A model generated the notes under the pieces. The model saw only the letters and a list, made by a program, of their open reading frames with translations. It did not search any database and was not told where the DNA came from. Both the position numbers and the translations under genes were made by a program. Source: Eledone cirrhosa (lineage: Eukaryota). Taken from it: 64,000 bases of DNA. Location of the stretch: the NCBI GenBank assembly GCA_964016885.1, contig OZ024745.1, forward strand, positions 82,770,001 through 82,834,000, given 5' to 3'. How positions within the stretch are numbered: the first letter of the stretch is position 1; the number at the start of each line of letters is the position of its first letter. This document shows, piece after piece, positions 28,201 through 44,300 of the stretch.

Positions 28201-31200
28201 CCACCATTACAGTGGACAGTGTAGCCTTACATAACCCCTTTACCACCATTACAATGGACAATGTAGTCTTACATAACCCCTTTACCACCATTACAGTTGA
28301 CAATGTAGTCTTACATAACCCCTTACCACCATTACAGTTGACAATGTAATCTTACATAACCCCTTTACCACCATTACAGTGGACAGTGTAGCCTTACATA
28401 ACCCCTCTACCACCATTACAGTGGGTAATGTAGTCTTACATAACCCCTTTACCACCATTACAGTGGACAATGTAGTCTTACATAACCCCTCTACCACCAT
28501 TACAGTGGACAATGTAGTCTTACATAACCCCTTTACCACCATTACAGTGGACAATGTAGTCTTACATAACCCCTTTACCACCATTACAGTGGACAATGTA
28601 GCCTTACATAACCCCTTTACAACCATTACAGTGGACAGTGTAGCCTTACATAACCCCTTTACCACCATTACAGTGGACAATGTAGTCTTACATAACCCCT
28701 TAACCACCATTACAGTTGACAATGTAGTCTTACATAACCCCTTCACCACCATTACAGTGGACAGTGTAGCCTTACATAACCCCTTTACCACCATTACAGT
28801 GGACAGTGTAGCCTTACATAACCCCTTTACCACCATTACAGTGGACAATGTAGTCTTACATAACCCCTTTACCACCATTACAGTGGACAATGTAGCCTTA
28901 CATAACCCCTTTACAACCATTACAGTGGACAGTGTAGCCTTACATAACCCCTTAACCACCATTACAGTGGACAATGTAGTCTTACATAACCCCTTTACCA
29001 CCATTACAGTTTACAATGTAGTCTTACATAACCCCTTTACCACCATTACAGTTGACAATGTAATCTTACATAACCCCTTTACCACCATTACAGTGGACAG
29101 TGTAGCCTTACATAACCCCTTTACCACCATTACAGTTGACAGTGTAGCCTTACATAACCATCTACCACCATTACAGTGGGTAATGTAGTCTTACATAACC
29201 CCTTTACCACCATTACAGTGGACAATGTAGTCTTACATAACCCCTCTACCACCATTACAGTGGACAATGTCGTCTTACATAACCCCTTTACCACCATTAC
29301 AGTGGACAACGTAGTCTTACATAACCCCTTTACCACCATTACAGTGGACAATGTAGCCTTACATAACCCCTTTACCACCATTACGGTGGACAGTGTAGCC
29401 TTACATAACCCCTTTACCACCATTACAGTGGACAATGTAGTCTTACATAACCCCTTTACCACCATTACAGTGGACAATTTTGTCTTACATAACCCCTTTA
29501 CAACCATTACAGTAGACAATGTAGCCTTACATAACCCCTTTACAACCATTACAGTGGACAGTGTAGCCTTACATAACCCCTTTACCACCATTACAGTGGA
29601 CAATGTAGTCTTACATAACCCCTTTACCACCATTACAGTGGACAATGTAGCCTTACATAACCCCTTTACCACCATTACAGTGGACAGTGTAGCCTTACAT
29701 AATCCCTTTACCACCATTAAAGTAGACAATGTAGTCTTACATAACCCCTCTACCACCATTACAGTGGACAATGTAGTCTTACATAACCCCTTTACCACCA
29801 TTACAGTGGACAATGTAGTCTTACATAACCCCTTTACCACCATTACAGTGGACAATGTAGTCTTACATAACCCCTTTACCACCATTACAGTGGACAATGT
29901 AGTCTTACATAACCCCTTTATCACCATTACGGTGGACAATGTAGTCTTACATAACCCCTTTACCACCATTACAGTGGACAATGTAGTCTTACATAACCCC
30001 TTTACCACCATTACAGTGGACAATGTAGTCTTACATAACCCCTTTACCACCATTAGAGTGGACAATTTTGTCTTACATAACCCCTTTACCACCATTACAG
30101 TGGACAGTGTAGTCTTACATAACCCCTTTACCACCATTACAGTGGACAGTGTAGCCTTACATAACCCCTTTACCACCATTACAGTGGACAATGTAGTCTT
30201 ACATAACCCCTTTACCACCATTACAGTGGACAATTTTGTCTTACATAACCCCTTTACAACCATTACAGTAGACAATGTAGCCTTACATAACCCCTTTACA
30301 ACCATTACAGTGGACAGTGTAGCCTTACATAACCCCTTTACCACCATTACAGTGGACAATGTAGTCTTACATAACCCCTTTACCACCATTACAGTGGACA
30401 ATGTAGCCATACATAACCCCTTTACCACCATTAGAGTTTACAATGTAGTCTAATATAACCACTTTACCACCATTACAGTTGACAATGTAATCTTACGTAA
30501 CCCCTTTACCACCATTAAAGTAGACAATGTAGTCTTACATAACCCCTCTACCACCATTACAGTGGGTAACGTAGTCTTACATAACCCCTTTACCACCATT
30601 AAAGTGGACAATGTAGTCTTACATAACCCCTTTACCACCATTACAGTGGACAATGTAGTCTTACATAACCCCTTTATGACCATTAGAGTGGACAATGTAG
30701 TCTTACATAACCCCTTTACCACCATTACAGTGGAGAATGTAGTCTTACATAACCCCTTTACCACCATTACAGTGGAAAATGTAGTCTTAGATAACCCCTT
30801 TACCACCATTACAGTGGACAATGTAGCCTTACATAACCCCTTTACCACCATTACAGTGGACAATGTAGTCTTACATAACCCCTTTACCACCATTACAGTG
30901 GACAATGTAGTCTTACATAGTCCTTTTACCACCATTACAGTGGACAGTGTAGCCTTACATAACCCCTTTACCACCATTACAGTGGACAATGTAGTCTTAC
31001 ATAACCCCTTTACCACCATTACAGTGGACAATGTAGTCTTACATAACCCCTTTACCACCATTACAGTGGACAATGTAGTCTTACATAACCCCTTTACCAC
31101 CATTACAGTGGACAATGTAGTCTTATATAACCCCTTTACCACCATTACAGTGGACAATGTAGCCTTACATAGCCCCTTTACCACCAATACAGTGGACAAT

Positions 31201-34200
31201 GTAGTCTTACATAACCCCTTTACCACCATTACAGTGGACAATTTTGTCTTACATAACCCCTTTACAACCATTACAGTAGACAATGTAGCCTTACATAACC
31301 TCTTTACAACCATTACAGTGGACAGTGTAGCCTTACATAACCCCTTTACCACCATTACAGTGGACAATGTAGTCTTACATAACCCCTTTACCACCATTAC
31401 AGTGGACAATGTAGTCTTACATAACCCCTTTACCACCATTACAGTGGACAATTTTGTCTTACATAACCCCTTTACAACCATTACAGTAGACAATCTAGCC
31501 TTACATAACCCCTTTACAACCATTACAGTGGACAGTGTAGCCTTACATAACCCCTTTACCACCATTACAGTGGACAATGTAGTCTTACATAACCCCTTTA
31601 CCAACATTACAGTGGACAGTGTAGCCTTACATAACCCCTTTACCACCATTGCAGTGGACAGTGTAGCCTTACATAACCCCTTTACCACCATTACAGTGGA
31701 CAATGTAGTCTTACATAACCCCTTTACCACCATTACAGTGGACAATGTAGTCTTACATAACCCCTTTACCACCATTACAGTGGACAATGTAGTCTTACAT
31801 AACCCCTTTACCACCATTACAGTGGACAGTGTAGCCTTACATAACCCCTTTACCACCATTACAGTGGACAATGTAGTCTTACATAACCCCTTTACCACCA
31901 TTACAGTGGACAATGTAGCCTTACATAACCCCTTTACCACCATTACAGTGGACAGTGTAGCCTTACATAACGCCTTTACCACCATTACAGTGGACAATGT
32001 AGTCTTACATAACCCCTTTACCACCATTACAGTTGACAATGTAATCTTACATAACCCCTTTATCACCATTACAGTGGACAGTGTAGCCTTACATAACCCC
32101 TTTACCACCATTACAGTGGACAGTGTAGCCTTACATAACCCCCCTACCACCATTACAGTGGGTAATGTAGTCTTACATAACCCCTTTACCACCATTACAG
32201 TGGACAATGTAGTCTTACATAACCCCTCTACCACCATTACAGTGGACAATGTTGTCTTACATAACCCCTTTACCACCATTACAGTTGACAATGTAGTCTT
32301 ACATAACCCCTTTACCACCATTACAGATGACAATGTAATCTTACATAACCCCTTTACCACCATTACAGTGGACAGTGTAGCCTTACATAACCCCTTTACC
32401 AGCATTACAGTGGACAGTGTAGCCTTACATAACCCCTTTACCACCATTACAGTTGACAATGTAGTCTTACATAACCCCTTTACCACCATTACAGTGGACA
32501 ATGTAGTCTTACATAACCCATTTACCACCATTACAGTGGAAAGTGTAGCCTTACATAACCCCTTTACCACCATTACAGTGGACAATGTAGCCTTGCATAA
32601 CCCCTTTACCACCATTACAGTTGACAATGTAGTCTTACATAACCCCTTTACCACCATTACAGTGGACAATGTAGTCTTACATAACCCATTTACCACCATT
32701 ACAGTGGACAATGTAGTCTTACATAACCCCTTTACCACCATTACAGTGGACAATGTAGTCTTACATAACCCCTTTATCACCATTACAGTGGACAATGTAG
32801 TCTTACATAACCCCTTTACCACCATTACAGTGGACAATGTAGTCTTACATAACCCCTTTACCACCATTACAGTGGACAATGTAGACTTACATAACCCCTT
32901 TACCACCATTACAGTGGACAATGTAGTCTTACATAACCCCTTTACCACCATTACAGTGGACAATGTAGTCTTACATAACCCCAATACCACCATTACAGTG
33001 GACAATGTAGTCTTACATATCCCCTTTACCACCATTACAGTGGACAATTTTGTCTTACATAACCCCATTACAACCATTACAGTAGACAATGTAGCCTTAC
33101 ATAACCCCTTTACAACCATTACAGTGGACAGTGTAGCCTTACATAACCCCTTTACCACCATTACAGTGGACAATGTAGTCTTACATAACCCCTTTACCAC
33201 CATTACAGTGGACAATGTAGCCTTACATAACCCCTTTACCACCATTACAGTGGACAGTGTAGCCTTACATAACCCCTTTACCACCATTACAATGGACAAT
33301 GTAGTCTTACATAACCCCTTTACCACCATTACAGTTGACAATGTAGTCTTACATAACCCCTTACCACCATTACAGTTGACAATGTAATCTTACATAACCC
33401 CTTTACCACCATTACAGTGGACAGTGTAGCCTTACATAACCCCTCTACCACCATTACAGTGGGTAATGTAGTCTTACATAACCCCTTTACCACCATTACA
33501 GTGGACAATGTAGTCTTACATAACCCCTCTACCACCATTACAGTGGACAATGTAGTCTTACATAACCCCTTTACCACCATTACAGTGGACAATGTAGTCT
33601 TACATAACCCCTTTACCACCATTACAGTGGACAATGTAGCCTTACATAACCCCTTTACAACCATTACAGTGGACAGTGTAGCCTTACATAACCCCTTTAC
33701 CACCATTACAGTGGACAATGTAGTCTTACATAACCCCTTAACCACCATTACAGTTGACAATGTAGTCTTACATAACCCCTTCACCACCATTACAGTGGAC
33801 AGTGTAGCCTTACATAACCCCTTTACCACCATTACAGTGGACAGTGTAGCCTTACATAACCCCTTTACCACCATTACAGTGGACAATGTAGTCTTACATA
33901 ACCCCTTTACCACCATTACAGTGGACAATGTAGCCTTACATAACCCCTTTACAACCATTACAGTGGACAGTGTAGCCTTACATAACCCCTTAACCACCAT
34001 TACAGTGGACAATGTAGTCTTACATAACCCCTTTACCACCATTACAGTTTACAATGTAGTCTTACATAACCCCTTTACCACCATTACAGTTGACAATGTA
34101 ATCTTACATAACCCCTTTACCACCATTACAGTGGACAGTGTAGCCTTACATAACCCCTTTACCACCATTACAGTTGACAGTGTAGCCTTACATAACCATC

Positions 34201-37200
34201 TACCACCATTACAGTGGGTAATGTAGTCTTACATAACCCCTTTACCACCATTACAGTGGACAATGTAGTCTTACATAACCCCTCTACCACCATTACAGTG
34301 GACAATGTCGTCTTACATAACCCCTTTACCACCATTACAGTGGACAACGTAGTCTTACATAACCCCTTTACCACCATTACAGTGGACAATGTAGCCTTAC
34401 ATAACCCCTTTACCACCATTACGGTGGACAGTGTAGCCTTACATAACCCCTTTACCACCATTACAGTGGACAATGTAGTCTTACATAACCCCTTTACCAC
34501 CATTACAGTGGACAATTTTGTCTTACATAACCCCTTTACAACCATTACAGTAGACAATGTAGCCTTACATAACCCCTTTACAACCATTACAGTGGACAGT
34601 GTAGCCTTACATAACCCCTTTACCACCATTACAGTGGACAATGTAGTCTTACATAACCCCTTTACCACCATTACAGTGGACAATGTAGCCTTACATAACC
34701 CCTTTACCACCATTAGAGTTTACAATGTAGTCTTACATAACCCCTTTACCACCATTACAGTTGACAATGTAATCTTACGTAACCCCTTTACCACCATTAC
34801 AGTGGACAGTGTAGCCTTACATAATCCCTTTACCACCATTAAAGTAGACAATGTAGTCTTACATAACCCCTCTACCACCATTACAGTGGGTAACGTAGTC
34901 TTACATAATCCCTTTACCACCATTAAAGTGGACAATGTAGTCTTACATAACCCCTTTACCACCATTACAGTGGACAATGTAGTCTTACATAACCCCTTTA
35001 CCACCATTACAGTGGTTAATGTAGTCTTACATAACCCCTTTACCACCATTACAGTGGACAATTTTGTCTTACATACCCCCTTTACCACCATTACAGTGGA
35101 CAGTGTTGCCTTACATAACCCCTTTTCCACCATTACAGTGGACAATGTAGTCTTACATAACCACTTTATCACCATTACAGTTGACAATATAGTCTTACAT
35201 AACCCCTTTACCACCATTACAGTGGACAATGTAGTCTTACATAACCCCTTTACCACCATTACAGTGGACAATGTAGTCTTACATAACTTCTTTACCACCA
35301 TTACAGTGGACAATGTAGTCTTACATAACCCCTTTACCACCATTACAGTGGACAATGTAGTCTTACATAACCCCTTTATCACCATTACGGTGGACAATGT
35401 AGTATTACAGAACCCCTTTACCACCATTACAGTGGACAATGTAGTCTTACATAACCCCTTTACCACCATTACAGTGGACAATGTAGTCTTACATAACCCC
35501 TTTACCACCATTACAGTGGACAATTTTGTCTTACATAACCCCTTTACCACCATTACAGTGGACAGTGTACTCTTACATAACCCCTTTACCACCATTACAG
35601 TGGACAGTGTAGCCTTACATAACCCCTTTACCACCATTACAGTGGACAATGTAGTCTTACATAACCCCTTTACCACCATTACAGTGGACAATTTTGTCTT
35701 ACATAACCCCTTTACAACCATTACAGTAGACAATGTAGCCTTACATAACCCCTTTACAACCATTACAGTGGACAGTGTAGCCTTACATAACCCCTTTACC
35801 ACCATTACAGTGGACAATGTAGTCTTACATAACACCTTTACCACCATTACAGTGGCCAATGTAGCCATACATAACCCCTTTACCACCATTAGAGTTTACA
35901 ATGTAGTCTAATATAACCACTTTACCACCATTACAGTTGACAATGTAATCTTACGTAACCCCTTTACCACCATTAAAGTAGACAATGTAGTCTTACATAA
36001 CCCCTCTACCACCATTACAGTGGGTAACGTAGTCTTACATAACCCCTTTACCACCATTAAAGTGGACAATGTAGTCTTACATAACCCCTTTACCACCATT
36101 ACAGTGGACAATGTAGTCTTACATAACCCCTTTATGACCATTACAGTGGACAATGTAGTCTTACATAACCCCTTTACCACCATTACAGTGGAGAATGTAG
36201 TCTTACATAACCCCTTTACCACCATTACAGTGGAAAATGTAGTCTTAGATAACCCCTTTACCACCATTACAGTGGACAATGTAGCCTTACATAACCCCTT
36301 TACCACCATTACAGTGGACAATGTAGTCTTACATAACCCCTTTACCACCATTACAGTGGTCAATGTAGTCTTACATAGTCCTTTTACCACCATTACAGTG
36401 GACAGTGTAGCCTTACATAACCCCTTTACCACCATTACAGTGGACAATGTAGTCTTACATAACCCCTTTACCACCATTACAGTGGACAATGTAGTCTTAC
36501 ATAACCCCTTTACCACCATTACAGTGGACAATGTAGTCTTACATAACCCCTTTACCACCATTACAGTGGACAATGTAGTCTTATATAACCCCTTTACCAC
36601 CATTACAGTGGACAATGTAGCCTTACATAGCCCCTTTACCACCAATACAGTGGACAATGTAGTCTTACATAACCCCTTTACCACCATTACAGTGGACAAT
36701 TTTGTCTTACATAACCCCTTTACAACCATTACAGTAGACAATGTAGCCTTACATAACCTCTTTACAACCATTACAGTGGACAGTGTAGCCTTACATAACC
36801 CCTTTACCACCATTACAGTGGACAATGTAGTCTTACATAACCCCTTTACCACCATTACAGTGGACAATGTAGTCTTACATAACCCCTTTACCACCATTAC
36901 AGTGGACAATTTTGTCTTACATAACCCCTTTACAACCATTACAGTAGACAATGTAGCCTTACATAACCCCTTTACAACCATTACAGTGGACAGTGTAGCC
37001 TTACATAACCCCTTTACCACCATTACAGTGGACAATGTAGTCTTACATAACCCCTTTACCACCATTACAGTGGACAATGTAGTCTTACATAACCCCTTTA
37101 CCACCATTACAGTGGACAGTGTAGCCTTACATAACCCCTTTACCACCATTACAGTGGACAATGTAGTCTTACATAACCCCTTTACCACCATTACAGTGGA

Positions 37201-40200
37201 CAATGTAGCCTTACATAACCCCTTTACCACCATTACAGTGGACAGTGTAGCCTTACATAACGCCTTTACCACCATTACAGTGGACAATGTAGTCTTACAT
37301 AACCCCTTTACCACCATTACAGTTGACAATGTAATCTTACATAACCCCTTTATCACCATTACAGTGGACAGTGTAGCCTTACATAACCCCTTTACCACCA
37401 TTACAGTGGACAGTGTAGCCTTACATAACCCCCCTACCACCATTACAGTGGGTAATGTAGTCTTACATAACCCCTTTACCACCATTACAGTGGACAATGT
37501 AGTCTTACATAACCCCTCTACCACCATTACAGTGGACAATGTTGTCTTACATAACCCCTTTACCACCATTACAGTGGACAATGTAGTCTTACATTACCCC
37601 TTTACCACCATTACAGTGGACAATGTAGCCTTATATAACCCCTTTACAACCATTACAGTGGACAGTGTAGCCTTACATAACCCCTTTACCACCATTACAG
37701 TGGACAATGTGGTCTTACATAACCCCTTTACCACCATTACAGTTGACAATGTAGTCTTACATAACCCCTTTACCACCATTACAGTTGACAATGTAATCTT
37801 ACATAACCCCTTTACCACCATTACAGTGGACAGTGTAGCCTTACATAACCCCTTTACCAGCATTACAGTGGACAGTGTAGCCTTACATAACCCCTTTACC
37901 ACCATTACAGTTGACAATGTAGTCTTACATAACCCCTTTACCACCATTACAGTGGACAATGTAGCCTTACATAACCCCTTTACCACCATTACAGTGGACA
38001 ATGTAGCCTTGCATAACCCCTTTACCACCATTACAGTTGACAATGTAGTCTTACATAACCCCTTTACCACCATTACAGTGGACAATATAGTCTTACATAA
38101 CCCATTTACCACCATTACAGTGGACAATGTAGTCTTACATAACCCCTTTACCACCATTACAGTGGACAATGTAGTCTTACATAACCCCTTTATCACCATT
38201 ACAGTGGACAATGTAGTCTTACATAACCCCTTTACCACCATTACAGTGGACAATGTAGTCTTACATAACCCCTTTACCACCATTACAGTGGACAATGTAG
38301 ACTTACATAACCCCTTTACCACCATTACAGTGGACAATGTAGTCTTACATAACCCCTTTACCACCATTACAGTGGACAATGTAGTCTTACATAACCCCAA
38401 TACCACCATTACAGTGGACAATGTAGTCTTACATATCCCCTTTACCACCATTACAGTGGACAATTTTGTCTTACATAACCCCATTACAACCATTACAGTA
38501 GACAATGTAGCCTTACATAACCCCTTTACAACCATTACAGTGGACAGTGTAGCCTTACATAACCCCTTTACCACCATTACAGTGGACAATGTAGTCTTAC
38601 ATAACCCCTTTACCACCATTACAGTGGACAATGTAGCCTTACATAACCCCTTTACCACCATTACAGTGGACAGTGTAGCCTTACATAACCCCTTTACCAC
38701 CATTACAATGGACAATGTAGTCTTACATAACCCCTTTACCACCATTACAGTTGACAATGTAGTCTTACATAACCCCTTACCACCATTACAGTTGACAATG
38801 TAATCTTACATAACCCCTTTACCACCATTACAGTGGACAGTGTAGCCTTACATAACCCCTCTACCACCATTACAGTGGGTAATGTAGTCTTACATAACCC
38901 CTTAACCACCATTACAGTGGACAATGTAGTCTTACATAACCCCTCTACCACCATTACAGTGGACAATGTAGTCTTACATAACCCCTTTACCACCATTACA
39001 GTGGACAATGTAGTCTTACATAACCCCTTTACCACCATTACAGTGGACAATGTAGCCTTACATAACCCCTTTACAACCATTACAGTGGACAGTGTAGCCT
39101 TACATAACCCCTTTACCACCATTACAGTGGACAATGTAGTCTTACATAACCCCTTAACCACCATTACAGTTGACAATGTAGTCTTACATAACCCCTTCAC
39201 CACCATTACAGTGGACAGTGTAGCCTTACATAACCCCTTTACCACCATTACAGTGGACAGTGTAGCCTTACATAACCCCTTTACCACCATTACAGTGGAC
39301 AATGTAGTCTTACATAACCCCTTTACCACCATTACAGTGGACAATGTAGCCTTACATAACCCCTTTACAACCATTACAGTGGACAGTGTAGCCTTACATA
39401 ACCCCTTAACCACCATTACAGTGGACAATGTAGTCTTACATAACCCCTTTACCACCATTACAGTTTACAATGTAGTCTTACATAACCCCTTTACCACCAT
39501 TACAGTTGACAATGTAATCTTACATAACCCCTTTACCACCATTACAGTGGACAGTGTAGCCTTACATAACCCCTTTACCACCATTACAGTTGACAGTGTA
39601 GCCTTACATAACCATCTACCACCATTACAGTGGGTAATGTAGTCTTACATAACCCCTTTACCACCATTACAGTGGACAATGTAGTCTTACATAACCCCTC
39701 TACCACCATTACAGTGGACAATGTCGTCTTACATAACCCCTTTACCACCATTACAGTGGACAACGTAGTCTTACATAACCCCTTTACCACCATTACAGTG
39801 GACAATGTAGCCTTACATAACCCCTTTACCACCATTACGGTGGACAGTGTAGCCTTACATAACCCCTTTACCACCATTACAGTGGACAATGTAGTCTTAC
39901 ATAACCCCTTTACCACCATTACAGTGGACAATTTTGTCTTACATAACCCCTTTACAACCATTACAGTAGACAATGTAGCCTTACATAACCCCTTTACAAC
40001 CATTACAGTGGACAGTGTAGCCTTACATAACCCCTTTACCACCATTACAGTGGACAATGTAGTCTTACATAACCCCTTTACCACCATTACAGTGGACAAT
40101 GTAGCCTTACATAACCCCTTTACCACCATTAGAGTTTACAATGTAGTCTTACATAACCCCTTTACCACCATTACAGTTGACAATGTAATCTTACGTAACC

Positions 40201-41369
40201 CCTTTACCACCATTACAGTGGACAGTGTAGCCTTACATAATCCCTTTACCACCATTAAAGTAGACAATGTAGTCTTACATAACCCCTCTACCACCATTAC
40301 AGTGGGTAACGTAGTCTTACATAATCCCTTTACCACCATTAAAGTGGACAATGTAGTCTTACATAACCCCTTTACCACCATTACAGTGGACAATGTAGTC
40401 TTACATAACCCCTTTACCACCATTACAGTGGACAATGTAGTCTTACATAACCCCTTTACCACCATTACAGTGGACAATTTTGTCTTACATACCCCCTTTA
40501 CCACCATTACAGTGGACAGTGTTGCCTTACATAACCCCTTTTCCACCATTACAGTGGACAATGTAGTCTTACATAACCACTTTATCACCATTACAGTTGA
40601 CAATATAGTCTTACATAACCCCTTTACCACCATTACAGTGGACAATGTAGTCTTACATAACCCCTTTACCACCATTACAGTGGACAATGTAGTCTTACAT
40701 AACTTCTTTACCACCATTACAGTGGACAATGTAGTCTTACATAACCCCTTTACCACCATTACAGTGGACAATGTAGTCTTACATAACCCCTTTATCACCA
40801 TTACGGTGGACAATGTAGTATTACAGAACCCCTTTACCACCATTACAGTGGACAATGTAGTCTTACATAACCCCTTTACCACCATTACAGTGGACAATGT
40901 AGTCTTACATAACCCCTTTACCACCATTACAGTGGACAATGTAGTCTTACATAACCCCTTTACCTCCCTTACAGTGGACAATTTTGTCTTACATAACCCC
41001 TTTACCACCATTACAGTGGACAGTGTAGTCTTACATAACCCCTTTACCACCATTACAGTGGACAGTGTAGCCTTACATAACCCCTTTACCACCATTACAG
41101 TGGACAATGTAGTCTTACATAACCCCTTTACCACCATTACAGTGGACAATTTTGTCTTACATAACCCCTTTACAACCATTACAGTAGACAATGTAGCCTT
41201 ACATAACCCCTTTACAACCATTACAGTGGACAGTGTAGCCTTACATAACCCCTTTACCACCATTACAGTGGACAATGTAGTCTTACATAACACCTTTACC
41301 ACCATTACAGTGGACAATGTAGCCATACATAACCCCTTTACCACCATTAGAGTTTACAATGTAGTCTAA
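25248..41369. repeat. Three copies of an approximately 5.2-5.5 kb higher-order unit (about 124-130 monomers)
   Basis: Landmark stop monomers end at 25247, 30453, 35911 and 41369, giving spacings of 5206, 5458 and 5458 (each n x 42 - 2). Each unit has the TTTATGACC variant, the same two 1-bp deletions, and a near-identical 269-aa/237-aa ORF pair (starts 28379, 33417, 38833). Confidence 0.9.
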
Positions 41370-44300
41370 TATAACCACTTTACCACCATTACAGTTGACA
41401 ATGTAATCTTACGTAACCCCTTTACCACCATTACAGTGGACAGTGTAGCCTTTCATAATCCCTTTACCACCATTAAAGTAGACAATGTAGTCTTACATAA
41501 CCCCTCTACCACCATTACAGTGGGTAACGTAGTCTTACATAACCCCTTTACCACCATTAAAGTGGACAATGTAGTCTTACATAACCCCTTAACCACCATT
41601 ACAGTGGACAATTTTGTCTTACATAACCCCTTTACCACCATTACAGTGGACAGTGTAGCCTTACATAAACCCTTTACCACCATTACAGTGGACAATGTAG
41701 TCTTACATAACCCCTTTATCACCATTACAGTGGACAATGTAGTCTTACATAACCCCTTTACCACCATTACAGTGGACAATGTAGTCTTACATAACCCCTT
41801 TACCACCATTACAGTGGACAATGTAGTCTTACATAACCCCTTTACCACCATTACAGTGGACAATGTAGTCTTACATAACCCCTTTACCACCATTACAGTG
41901 GAAAATGTAGTCTTAGATAACCCCTTTACCACCATTACAGTGGACAATTTTGTCTTACATAACCCCTTTACCACCATTACAGTGGACAATGTAGTCTTAC
42001 ATAACCCCTTTACCACCATTACAGTGGACAATGTAGTCTTACATAACCCCTTTACCACCATTACAGTGGACAATGTAGTCTTATATAACCCCTTTACCAC
42101 CATTACAGTGGACAATGTAGCCTTACATAACCCCTTTACCACCAATACAGTGGACAATGTAGTCCTACATAACCCCTTTACCACCATTACAGTGGACAAT
42201 GTAGTCTTACATAACCCCTTTACCACCATTACAGTTTACAATGTAGTCTTACATAACCCCTTTACCACCATTACAGTTGACAATGTAATCTTACATAACC
42301 CCTTTACCACCATTACAGTGGACAGTGTAGCCTTACATAACCCCTTTACCACCATTACAGTGGACAGTGTAGCCTTACATAACCATCTACCACCATTACA
42401 GTGGGTAATGTAGTCTTACATAACCCCTTTACCACCATTACAGTGGACAATGAAGTCTTACATAACCCCTCTACCACCATTACAGTGGACAATGTCGTCT
42501 TACATAACCCCTTTACCACCATTACAGTGGACAACGTAGTCTTACATAACCCCTTTACCACCATTACAGTGGACAATGTAGCCTTACATAACCCCTTTAC
42601 CACCATTACGGTGGACAGTGTAGCCTTACATAACCCCTTTACCACCATTACAGTGGACAATGTAGTCTTACATAACCCCTTTACCACCATTACAGTGGAC
42701 AATTTTGTCTTACATAACCCCTTTACAACCATTACAGTAGACAATGTAGCCTTACATAAACCCTTTACAACCATTACAGTGGACAGTGTAGCCTTACATA
42801 ACCCCTTTACCACCATTACAGTGGACAATGTAGTCTTACATAACCCCTTTACCACCATTAGAGTTTACAATGTAGTCTTACATAACCCCTTTACCACCAT
42901 TACAGTTGACAATGTAATCTTACGTAACCCCTTTACCACCATTACAGTGGACAGTGTAGCCTTACATAATCCCTTTACCACCATTAAAGTAGACAATGTA
43001 GTCTTACATAACCCCTCTACCACCATTACAGTGGGTAACGTAGTCTTACATAACCCCTTTACCACCATTAAAGTGGACAATGTAGTCTTACATAACCCCT
43101 TTACCACCATTACAGTGGACAATGTAGTCTTACATAACCCCTTTACCACCATTACAGTGGACAATGTAGTCTTACATAACCCCTTTACCACCATTACAGT
43201 GGACAATTTTGTCTTACATACCCCCTTTACCACCATTACAGTGGACAGTGTTGCCTTACATAACCCCTTTTCCACCATTACAGTGGACAATGTAGTCTTA
43301 CATAACCACTTTATCACCATTACAGTGGACAATATAGTCTTGCATAACCCCTTTACCACCATTACAGTGGACAATGTAGTCTTACATAACCCCTTTACCA
43401 CCATTACAGTGGACAATGTAGTCTTACATAACCCCTTTACCACCATTACAGTGGACAATGTAGTCTTACATAACCCCTTTACCACCATTACAGTGGACAA
43501 TGTAGTCTTACATAACCCCTTTATCACCATTACGGTGGACAATGTAGTCTTACAGAACCCCTTTACCACCATTACAGTGGACAATGTAGTTTTACATAAC
43601 CCATTTACCACCATTACAGTGGACAATGTAGTCTTACATAACCCCTTTACCACCATTACAGTGGACAATTTTGTCTTACATAACCCCTTTACCACCATTA
43701 CAGTGGACAGTGTAGTCTTACATAACCCCTTTACCACCATTACAGTGGACAGTGTAGCCTTACATAACCCCTTTACCACCATTACAGTGGACAATGTAGT
43801 CTTACATAACCCCTTTACCACCATTACAGTGGACAATTTTGTCTTACATAACCCCTTTACAACCATTACAGTAGACAATGTAGCCTTACATAACCCCTTT
43901 ACAACCATTACAGTGGACAGTGTAGCCTTACATAACCCCTTTACCACCATTACAGTGGACAATGTAGTCTTACATAACCCCTTTACCACCATTACAGTGG
44001 ACAATGTAGCCATACATAACCCCTTTACCACCATTAGAGTATACAATGTAGTCTAATATAACCACTTTACCACCATTACAGTTGACAATGTAATCTTACG
44101 TAACCCCTTTACCACCATTACAGTGGACAGTGTAGCCTTTCATAATCCCTTTACCACCATTAAAGTAGACAATGTAGTCTTACATAACCCCTCTACCACC
44201 ATTACAGTGGGTAACGTAGTCTTACATAACCCCTTTACCACCATTAAAGTGGACAATGTAGTCTTACATAACCCCTTAACCACCATTACAGTGGACAATT

